From an uncultured Pelagibacteraceae bacterium (GTDB lineage Bacteria; Pseudomonadota; Alphaproteobacteria; Pelagibacterales; Pelagibacteraceae): DNA of 64,000 bases. The translations under genes were made by a program, and so were the position numbers. The notes beneath the pieces were generated by a model. That model made no database searches and was not told the DNA's origin. It was given only the letters and a program-made list of their open reading frames with translations. Below are positions 41,491-49,222 of the stretch, piece after piece; the first letter of the stretch is position 1; every line of letters starts with the position of its first letter. The stretch spans positions 2,501-66,500 of the forward strand of contig CACJRJ010000002.1 in NCBI GenBank assembly GCA_902595725.1, written 5' to 3'.

Positions 41491-41550
41491 TTTTAAACAT
41501 TATCAGATGTCAAAGGTTGTATGTATCACTTTATTGTTGAATTTACTGAT

Positions 41551-41579
41551 TTTTTCACAACTGTGGATAGTGGGGAAAA
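41551..41579. promoter_or_regulatory. Cluster of DnaA-box-like 9-mers
   Basis: TTTTTCACA (fits TTWTNCACA), 2 bp, TGTGGATAG (1 mismatch, opposite strand), then TGGGGAAAA. Confidence 0.4.
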
Positions 41580-41585
41580 GTTAAA

Positions 41586-41750
41586 CTAAAACATTAAGAG
41601 TATCAGCAATACAAAAATGCTGATAAAAAATGCACCAAATATAAGCATTAATATCCTATTTTTGGTTTGTTCTTTTAATTTTGGCCAGTAATTCATTATT
41701 ATGAATGTTCCAATAACGACCAATAATCCAATTAATATATATTTTGGCAT
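41586..41750 (-). CDS. Small two-TM membrane protein (54 aa)
   Basis: Not in the ORF track. MPKYILIGLLVVIGTFIIMNYWPKLKEQTKNRILMLIFGAFFISIFVLLILLMF: two hydrophobic helices with a basic loop. Confidence 0.7.
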   Translation of the reverse strand: MPKYILIGLLVVIGTFIIMNYWPKLKEQTKNRILMLIFGAFFISIFVLLILLMF

Positions 41751-41816
41751 TTATATATAACAGATATTATTTACATCTATTATAATCAACAGATAAAAGG
41801 CCGCTTATCTTAACAT

Positions 41817-41993
41817 TTAGCGTGGAATCATCAAAATTATGTAACTTATGAAGAAGATAATAGCCATAATAGACAGAAAAATTGTGTTTATGCTTTTACC
41901 AGTATTTCTGTATTGAATTAAACTTAAAACAACAAAACCAATTGAGCTTATTAAAAACCATACTGCAGGAATTTCTCCATCAAATGAACCCAT
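41817..41993 (-). CDS. Small two-TM membrane protein (58 aa)
   Basis: ATG at 41993: MGSFDGEIPAVWFLISSIGFVVLSLIQYRNTGKSINTIFLSIMAIIFFISYIILMIPR. Confidence 0.65.
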   Translation of the reverse strand: MGSFDGEIPAVWFLISSIGFVVLSLIQYRNTGKSINTIFLSIMAIIFFISYIILMIPR

Positions 41994-42041
41994 AAATTTG
42001 TATTTTAATCTATTGACAATAAAAATCACCTAATATATAAC

Positions 42042-42066
42042 TTCCGATAATTAATGGTTATCGGAA
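42042..42066. other. lox/dif-like recombination site
   Basis: Perfect 9-bp inverted arms TTCCGATAA / TTATCGGAA around an asymmetric 7-bp spacer TTAATGG, 6 bp upstream of the recombinase ATG. Confidence 0.75.
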
Positions 42067-42072
42067 TATTTT

Positions 42073-42990
42073 ATGAATGAAATTGTAACAGACTTAAAAA
42101 GACTTGAATTAGAGACTTTAAAGAACCTAAAGAGTTCAAAGGCTCCTAATACTTTAAGAGCTTATCAAGCCGATTTTAAAGATTTTTCTTTATTTTGCTT
42201 AAAAAATGGCTTTAGTTCAATGCCCACAGAGCCTAAAATATTGGCATTATATCTAACTTTCTTATCAGCTACCTCTAAATTTAGCACTTTAAAGAGAAGA
42301 ATTGCCTCGATAAGCGTCATTCATCGTATAAAAGGGCATTATCTTGATATTAAACACCCAATAATAATGGAAAATTTACATGGAATAAAAAGGGTAAAAG
42401 GAACAGCTCAAAAATCAAAAAAACCCTTATTAATCAATAATTTAAAAAACATAATTAATGCTATAGATGAAAAAAAAATTCCTGAAAAAAAGAAATTTAG
42501 AGATAAAGCATTAATTCTTATTGGATTTTCAGGAGGATTTAGAAGATCCGAGTTAGTAAATATAGATTTTGATGACTTAGAATTTGTAAATGAAGGAGTA
42601 AAAATATTCATTAGGAGATCGAAAACAGATCAATCAGGAGAAGGTATGATTAAAGCTATCCCCTACTTTGAGAATAAAAAATTCTGCCCCGTAACAAAAT
42701 TAAAAGATTGGATTAATTATTCAAATATAAAATCAGGCAAAATATTTGAAATATCTGACAAAAGTGTATCATTAATAATAAAAAATTATGCATCATTTTC
42801 TGGATTAGATCCTAATAAATATGGAGGTCATAGTCTACGATCAGGTTTTGCGACCTCAGCAGCTGAATTTGGCGTAGAGGAAAGAAATATAATGGCAATG
42901 ACAGGTCACAAAACTACACAAATGGTAAGAAGATATATACAAGAAGCAAATTTATTTAAAAATAATGCACTAAATAAAATTAAGATTTGA
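42073..42990 (+). CDS. Tyrosine recombinase, Cre-like subfamily
   Basis: N-terminal core-binding domain (NTLRAYQADF) and full catalytic set: R (GFRRSEL), K (RSKTDQ), HxxR (GHSLRSG), H (MTGH), Y (VRRY). Confidence 0.93.
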   Translation: MNEIVTDLKRLELETLKNLKSSKAPNTLRAYQADFKDFSLFCLKNGFSSMPTEPKILALYLTFLSATSKFSTLKRRIASISVIHRIKGHYLDIKHPIIMENLHGIKRVKGTAQKSKKPLLINNLKNIINAIDEKKIPEKKKFRDKALILIGFSGGFRRSELVNIDFDDLEFVNEGVKIFIRRSKTDQSGEGMIKAIPYFENKKFCPVTKLKDWINYSNIKSGKIFEISDKSVSLIIKNYASFSGLDPNKYGGHSLRSGFATSAAEFGVEERNIMAMTGHKTTQMVRRYIQEANLFKNNALNKIKI

Positions 42991-43855
42991 AAACTTTTAT
43001 ATATAAAAGATTAATTTTGCAAATAAGGAAGCTAAAATAAAAAAAGAAATTTTTTTTAGGTTCATTTAAAGGTCCTAGATACTTATGTGTAAAAATTTTA
43101 TTATTTTTAAAATAATTACCATTTAAATAAAATTTTAAAAAAAAATTTATACTTATTCCCCACTTTTTTAAAAAAATATCAGAACCTCGATTTCTTTTTA
43201 GATTAATTTTTTTTCTTAGGCTAACAGAACCAAAATGGTAAACTCTACAATTAGATAAACCCTTAAATATTCTAACACCAGATATCCATAATTTCATATT
43301 TAAATCAGGGTCAGAACCAATGCCAGGATCAAATTCTTCACTTAATCCACCAACTTTTTTCCATGTATCTTTGTGAATTAATTGAGGACACCATGTAGTA
43401 CCTTGAAAATCATAATAATCGATTGAATTATACTCAGCTAAAAGTTTTTTTTCGTTAAAATCAGAAAAGTTACTTCCACAGTTAAGCTGTATATGGCCAC
43501 TTTTAGCTTCTATCATTGTTCCAGAAATTAAATACAAATTACTGTCTGTATTATCAATTTCTTTCTTTAAAAAAAAATCCCAATTAGGACAAAAATACAT
43601 ATCGTCATGAGCATAAACTATATAGTTTGTGCTAGATTTTTTTGCCGCTAAATTAACTGCAGTACACAATCCCACATTTTCTCTTGTATAAGTATAAGTA
43701 TATCTATTATTTTTAACATATTCTAACGTTCCATCAGATCCATCATTAACATGTAAAATGATTTCATGATCAAACTTTGAATTTTTTTTTATACTATCAA
43801 TACATATCTTAAGATAATCAATATTATTAAAAGTAGGAATAATAATTGAAAACAT
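42980..43855 (-). CDS. Glycosyltransferase family 2
   Basis: Start reassigned to ATG at 43855: MFSIIIPTFNN, HVNDGSDGT, AHDDMY, VGGLSEEF, YHFGSVS. Confidence 0.9.
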   Translation of the reverse strand: MFSIIIPTFNNIDYLKICIDSIKKNSKFDHEIILHVNDGSDGTLEYVKNNRYTYTYTRENVGLCTAVNLAAKKSSTNYIVYAHDDMYFCPNWDFFLKKEIDNTDSNLYLISGTMIEAKSGHIQLNCGSNFSDFNEKKLLAEYNSIDYYDFQGTTWCPQLIHKDTWKKVGGLSEEFDPGIGSDPDLNMKLWISGVRIFKGLSNCRVYHFGSVSLRKKINLKRNRGSDIFLKKWGISINFFLKFYLNGNYFKNNKIFTHKYLGPLNEPKKNFFFYFSFLICKINLLYIKVFKS

Positions 43856-45987
43856 TAATTTTTGTGCCAAATATATTTGGATTTAGATTTAATATTTAGC
43901 GTTTTATTAATAATAAATTCTGCAACTAAATTTGAATTAAAATATTTTAAATATTTAATCTTACCATTTTTACCAATGGATTTTCTTAATCTTTCATCTT
44001 TGCTTATTTTTGAAATTTTTTCAGCTAAATCAGATACATTAGAATAAAACACCATTTCTTTATCACTAAAAAAATCTTTATATCCAGTTTTCTCATCTAT
44101 TAAAGTTACTAGCCCATTACCAGCAATTTGGGTTAGTCTATCACTGCTATAATATTTTATTGGAGTTCCTCTGCTTAAATTTAATCCCATTTTAGAATTA
44201 GAAATAGTTTTAAAATATTGATCAGCCCATATTGGCTGGATATTATTCAAACCATATATGTCGAACTTAATGTCCTTTGATATATTCACTAACTTAGAGA
44301 TAAATTTCTCTCTATCATCATACGATCTAGACTTTAAGCTACCTCTATGAACGCCGTGACTTAGTGCAAAAAAAACATCATTTGAACAGTTTTTATTAAA
44401 ATTATTTAAAGTTTCAAACGATTGATCTGATGGGTTCGGAATAAAATAGTTTTGTACATTTTTTGGTAAAAACTTTAGTGCATCTGGGCTTGTTGTAATA
44501 AAATTTGAATCAATAAACTCCGATTTATCTAAAATTCTTTTTTTATTTTTTAGATAATCAGGCCCATTTTTATTTAATGGATCTAAAAACCATTGAGCAA
44601 TTTTTAAATATGGATATTCATCTTTAAGTTCACCCAACATATTTGGTGAAACTAAATCTGCATGCCCTAGTACTATTAAATCAGGCTTATAATTATAACA
44701 AGTTTTTCTTAATTTTTCATTTAAGGACTTACCACCAGTTATATCTGAATATGATTTATAATTTTTTTGAATATCCCTATCGCTAAATTCTAATACACTA
44801 TTACCCAATCTAATAAATCCATTATTAATTCTTCGACCTGTATTGAAAAATAATCTACCATTATGCCTTTCATTAAAATTTGTTATATGTAGAATTCTTA
44901 ATTTTTTCTTCTCAACATTAACATTGATATTCTTATTAAGAATTAGTTTTTCATCTCTTATCTTATCAATTAAATTTGATACAAACTTATGTGTTAAAAA
45001 AAAATTTTTTAAAGATAACTTTTGTAATTTATTCCTTTTTTGATCATTTAGTATTAATGAGTTAATTTCATTATATAAATTTTTAGTATCAACTTTTTTT
45101 AAAATTACAGCATTTGTTACAGTTTCTGGCAAACCTCCTCTATTACTTATAATTACAGCACAACCATTTGATGATGCTTCCAAACTAGTTCTGCCGAACG
45201 GCTCTTCCCATCTTGAACAAACAACTGCAATACTTGTTTTTTTATAAATGTTTAGAACTTTTTCATGCTTCAAAAAACCAAGTTTAAATAAGTTTTTATG
45301 ATTGAAATTTAATTTATCTCTCGGTTCATCACCAATAACAATCGAGCTCCATTTTTTATGCTTGTTTAATATTTTAATTATTGAATTTCCAAATATATCG
45401 AACCCCTTAGATCTGTTTAATTTACCAACAAAAGTTATAATATTTTTTTTCTTTTTTAGATTAATTTTACTTTTTTGAGCAGATTGATTTATAACTATTA
45501 ATTTTTCACTATTAATATAATCACTTTTCATTCCTTCAAGAAATCTTCTTTTTGACCAATTACTGTTAAAAATTATTTTAAAACAATTTTTTAGTAAAAA
45601 AATTCTTTCGTTTACAGTTTTTGACCCACTCATTGTGAGCGGATCGTTATGAAAATATAATAAATATGTTTTATTTTTTAATTCTTTTATTAAATAATTT
45701 AAGTAGATTGGTCTATTATGCAGCTCAATTAAATCTGAATTATTTTTTTTTTCCAATCTTATAAACTCTTCAACATATTTTTTATTTTGACTTTGAAATA
45801 AATTCTTTTTTAAATTAATATTTTTATATTTATGTTTAAATTTTTTTGTAAATTTAGTATTTCCATAAACAGTTGTATATTTTCTGTATTTGCTGATTTT
45901 TAAAGTTTCATTTATATTTAAAGAAACTGCACCTGCATATGTTGGTGAAAAATTTTCTTTATAAGGTAATAAAATTGATATTTTCAA
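43855..45987 (-). CDS. Two-module glycosyltransferase (GT4-like fused to a CgeB/Glyco_trans_1_2-like domain), TTG start
   Basis: SRWEEPFGRTSLEA..GCAVIISNRGGLPE in the N-terminal half; SKMGLNLSRG..YYSSDRL in the C-terminal half. Confidence 0.85.
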   Translation of the reverse strand: MKISILLPYKENFSPTYAGAVSLNINETLKISKYRKYTTVYGNTKFTKKFKHKYKNINLKKNLFQSQNKKYVEEFIRLEKKNNSDLIELHNRPIYLNYLIKELKNKTYLLYFHNDPLTMSGSKTVNERIFLLKNCFKIIFNSNWSKRRFLEGMKSDYINSEKLIVINQSAQKSKINLKKKKNIITFVGKLNRSKGFDIFGNSIIKILNKHKKWSSIVIGDEPRDKLNFNHKNLFKLGFLKHEKVLNIYKKTSIAVVCSRWEEPFGRTSLEASSNGCAVIISNRGGLPETVTNAVILKKVDTKNLYNEINSLILNDQKRNKLQKLSLKNFFLTHKFVSNLIDKIRDEKLILNKNINVNVEKKKLRILHITNFNERHNGRLFFNTGRRINNGFIRLGNSVLEFSDRDIQKNYKSYSDITGGKSLNEKLRKTCYNYKPDLIVLGHADLVSPNMLGELKDEYPYLKIAQWFLDPLNKNGPDYLKNKKRILDKSEFIDSNFITTSPDALKFLPKNVQNYFIPNPSDQSFETLNNFNKNCSNDVFFALSHGVHRGSLKSRSYDDREKFISKLVNISKDIKFDIYGLNNIQPIWADQYFKTISNSKMGLNLSRGTPIKYYSSDRLTQIAGNGLVTLIDEKTGYKDFFSDKEMVFYSNVSDLAEKISKISKDERLRKSIGKNGKIKYLKYFNSNLVAEFIINKTLNIKSKSKYIWHKN

Positions 45988-46235
45988 TTTTTACCTCCAA
46001 ATTTAATTTTTTTTCTTAATTTATAGTTTTTTTTTAATTTGTACTCTTCTTTCATAGCAATATTTTTCGTTTTATAGGTCTTAAAGTATTTTAACTTCCA
46101 TTTTCTCCCTCTTGTAAATTTAGCTCCTTTCGAGTCATTATGATTATTCAATCTTTTTTTAATATTATTTGTATATCCTACGTAAGAAATTGTTCTTTTT
46201 TTGTTTTTAGAAACTAATAAGTAAACAAAATACAT
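45984..46235 (-). CDS. GIY-YIG nuclease family protein
   Basis: YFVYLL...SYVGYTNNIKKRLNNHN..KGAKFTRGR..AMKEEYKLK. Confidence 0.9.
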   Translation of the reverse strand: MYFVYLLVSKNKKRTISYVGYTNNIKKRLNNHNDSKGAKFTRGRKWKLKYFKTYKTKNIAMKEEYKLKKNYKLRKKIKFGGKN

Positions 46236-46241
46236 TGAATT

Positions 46242-46316
46242 TGGCGGTCCCTAGGGGAATCGAACCCCTCTTTCGAGGATGAAAACCACGTGTCCTAACC
46301 GATAGACGAAGGGACC
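46242..46316 (-). tRNA. tRNA-Glu(TTC)
   Basis: GGTCCCT/AGGGACC acceptor, CGTGG-TTTTCAT-CCTCG anticodon arm, GGTTCGATTCC, GCCA end. Confidence 0.95.
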
Positions 46317-46351
46317 AAATTTGGATCTTTTATTGTAAATAATATGATTAA

Positions 46352-47296
46352 TCAAGTAATTGGTACCTCTTTTTTTACAATATTGATCGTAGAATTTTTA
46401 TGTGTAACAAGCGTTTCTGTAATATATTTTCCATTTTCTAATTTAATTCCCTTAACTAGTTCACTTGATGTTATACCTGTTGCACAAAAAATAGAGTCAC
46501 CTCTGACTATTTCTTTTAAATCATATTTTTTATTTAAATCTTTAATGCCCATTTTTTTTGCTCTACTTATATCTTTATCTGTTTTAAATAAAAATCTTCC
46601 TTGAAATTTACAATTGAATGAATCTAAAGCTGAGGCCGCCAAAACACCTTCTGGACCACCTCCTATACCTAAAAATATATCAACATCATATTTTTTATCC
46701 GTAACCAACAAAGCTCCAGTTACATCACCATCTGACAATAATTTTAAATTTACTTTTAAACTTTTTAATTTATCAATAATTTCTTTATGTCTTGGTCTGT
46801 CAAGTAAACAAACCGTTATATCGCTTAAATCTTTATTTTTAGCATCTGCTATATTCATCAGGTTTTTTTCTATCGTAAAATCTAAATCTGTAGCATCATA
46901 GGGAACATCTTTTCCTACAGATAATTTATTCATATAAGTTTCAGGTGCATTAAATAAATTTCCTCTTAAGGAGATAGCCATTACTGATAAAGCTCCTGGT
47001 AAATTTTTAGCAACAAAATTTGTTCCTTCAAGTGGATCTACAGCTATATCTAAGCTTGGCCCATTACCAGATCCTAGATTTTCTCCAATATAAAGCATTG
47101 GTGCTTCATCTAGTTCACCTTCACCTATAACAACTTTGCCATCAATATCCAATTTATTTAAATTTTTTCTCATTTCATCGGTTGCTGCTTTGTCAGCTAA
47201 AATTTTATCATTTTTTCCAACATAAGGATGACAGGCAATTGCTGCATTCGAAGTAACATTAATTATTTTATTTTTAAGTTCGTTACTTAATTCCAT
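46352..47296 (-). CDS. glpX: Class II fructose-1,6-bisphosphatase
   Basis: Start reassigned to ATG at 47296; VVIGEGELDEAPMLYIGE, DIAVDPLEGT, GGGPEGVLAA. Confidence 0.96.
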   Translation of the reverse strand: MELSNELKNKIINVTSNAAIACHPYVGKNDKILADKAATDEMRKNLNKLDIDGKVVIGEGELDEAPMLYIGENLGSGNGPSLDIAVDPLEGTNFVAKNLPGALSVMAISLRGNLFNAPETYMNKLSVGKDVPYDATDLDFTIEKNLMNIADAKNKDLSDITVCLLDRPRHKEIIDKLKSLKVNLKLLSDGDVTGALLVTDKKYDVDIFLGIGGGPEGVLAASALDSFNCKFQGRFLFKTDKDISRAKKMGIKDLNKKYDLKEIVRGDSIFCATGITSSELVKGIKLENGKYITETLVTHKNSTINIVKKEVPIT

Positions 47297-47297
47297 A

Positions 47298-48296
47298 TTA
47301 TTTAGTATCAGTAGTTTGTGCTTCTTCTGATAGATGTAATTTTTCTTCAAATTCTCTTAGACGTTTATACACACTTGCAAGTTCAATGATTGTTGGCCAG
47401 GCTTTTAGAAGGTATTGCATTGATCCTTCAACTCTACCAAATGCTCTTATTATTTGTTGCATAACTCCAAGAGTTACAACTCCTGCTACAATAGCTGGAG
47501 CTAAAAATACATATGCTGACAGAACATTAGCTTGTAAGTAAGCCATTCGTCCAATATTAAAATATAAATAACGTATATAACTTAGAAAATGAATCTTACG
47601 AACATCATCAAACAATTCATCAATTCTTTTTGGTCTTATATTTCCATCATCTTCTGCAATTACTAAAACTTTTCTATATGCTGCTTCTTGTTTCTGTAAA
47701 TCATATTCGACTCCTACTAGACGCAATATCCAGCCAAGCGCAATTAAAAATATAGTGCCACCTAAAGTCCAAATTAAAGCGCCTACTATTAATCCATACT
47801 CCCATTCACCAAAAAAGAAAATTGGAATACCAATTGACAATCCAAACAGTATTGGAACAAATTGAATTAAAATCATTATAGACTCAATAAAACTTGTACC
47901 TAAACCTTCCATAATTCTTGTAAATTTAATAGTATCTTCTTGTACCCTTTGTGAAGCTCCTTCAATTGTTCTAGCTTGATCATAAACTGAATGGTACCAT
48001 TCAACCATTGCTGTACGCCATCTAAAAAGAAAATGTGCAGTAAAAAAACTAATTGCAACATATAATGCAATGTACATACCTGCTAATGTAATGAAGGATA
48101 ATAAGCTTTCAAAGTATTCTTCTAGAGTAATTGCATTTGGTGTAGCAAGTGCTTTTTGAATCATATCATAAAAAACACCAAACCATTCGTTAATTTTTAC
48201 ATCGATTTCAACTTGCAACCAAAGAGATCCTAGTATGATGGTAGATCCTAGCCATGCCCATAGTATCCATTTTCTAGTAGTAAAAAATCTAAACAT
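47298..48296 (-). CDS. SbmA/BacA-like peptide transporter (TM domain only)
   Basis: FRWRTAM, IEGASQRVQEDT, QEAAYRKVLV, TIIELASVYKRLREFE. Confidence 0.9.
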   Translation of the reverse strand: MFRFFTTRKWILWAWLGSTIILGSLWLQVEIDVKINEWFGVFYDMIQKALATPNAITLEEYFESLLSFITLAGMYIALYVAISFFTAHFLFRWRTAMVEWYHSVYDQARTIEGASQRVQEDTIKFTRIMEGLGTSFIESIMILIQFVPILFGLSIGIPIFFFGEWEYGLIVGALIWTLGGTIFLIALGWILRLVGVEYDLQKQEAAYRKVLVIAEDDGNIRPKRIDELFDDVRKIHFLSYIRYLYFNIGRMAYLQANVLSAYVFLAPAIVAGVVTLGVMQQIIRAFGRVEGSMQYLLKAWPTIIELASVYKRLREFEEKLHLSEEAQTTDTK

Positions 48297-48578
48297 TTAC
48301 TTGATAAAATTATCAGCATAAGACTTTTTGCTGATTTTTCTTATTTTTGGTTCAATCAATTCATAAATTATTTTATTTTTTTTTGCATACTCAATTGCAA
48401 GTTCCTTTGAAGAAAACTCTAATGTAAATTCACTGTATGTATCAGTTGAGCTTTCCCATCCCATCAATGGATTTATTCCAGGCCTTTCAGAAATAAATTC
48501 AAGAGTCCATTTGTTGAATTTCTTTGTGCCTGATTGCATAGAACTTTTTGATGGTTTATATATTTTAGCTTTTTTCAT
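48297..48578 (-). CDS. ETC complex I accessory subunit (NDUFS4-like)
   Basis: AKIYKPSKSSMQSG, NPLMGWESSTDT, KSYADNF. Confidence 0.92.
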   Translation of the reverse strand: MKKAKIYKPSKSSMQSGTKKFNKWTLEFISERPGINPLMGWESSTDTYSEFTLEFSSKELAIEYAKKNKIIYELIEPKIRKISKKSYADNFIK

Positions 48579-48580
48579 AA

Positions 48581-48657
<77 letters not shown>

Positions 48658-48751
48658 AATGGGTAACTAATACAGTAGTTAATGCTAATTTCAAAGGATA
48701 AATATTACCAAATATGAAGAAATTTAATAAAAATCTGATATATAGGAAATC

Positions 48752-49219
48752 ATGATAATTGCATGCCCTAATTGTAAAAAAAAATTTGAAATTGATCAAA
48801 AGTTAATACCTTCAGAAGGTAGAATGCTCCAATGTGGTAGCTGTGATCATCAATGGTTTTTTAAAATTAATGCTCCAGAAAAAAAAATTGTTAATGAAGA
48901 AATATTAACATCTGAAAAGTTTGAAAAAAAAGAAATAGATTCCATTAATTCACCCACAAATGATGTAACTGAAAATTATAAAAAGGAAATAAGTTCTAGA
49001 ACCTATAATGTTAGCAAGATAGAGCAAAGTTCAAAAAGAAATTATAACTTTTTAAATATTCTTTTAGTAGTTATTATTTCAATAACTGCATTAATACTTA
49101 TTCTTGACACTTTTAAGGTCAATTTAGAGCCTGTTTTTCCAAATATTAAATTTTTTTTAAATAATTTATACCAATCAATTGAAGATATTAAACTTTTTAT
49201 ATTCGATTTAATTAAATAA
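48752..49219 (+). CDS. Zinc-ribbon (MJ0042-type finger) membrane protein
   Basis: CPNC...GRMLQCGSCDHQWF plus one C-terminal TM helix. Confidence 0.85.
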   Translation: MIIACPNCKKKFEIDQKLIPSEGRMLQCGSCDHQWFFKINAPEKKIVNEEILTSEKFEKKEIDSINSPTNDVTENYKKEISSRTYNVSKIEQSSKRNYNFLNILLVVIISITALILILDTFKVNLEPVFPNIKFFLNNLYQSIEDIKLFIFDLIK

Positions 49220-49222
49220 AAA

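Noticed and set aside
40555-41580. oriC (AT-rich gap plus DnaA boxes)
   Set aside because: Genes converge rather than diverge here, there are only 2-3 imperfect boxes, and no dnaA, hemE, gidA or parAB neighbours.
42073-46316. Prophage or genomic island integrated at tRNA-Glu
   Set aside because: No duplicated tRNA 3' end was found by eye, there are no phage genes, and the recombinase has its own palindromic site.
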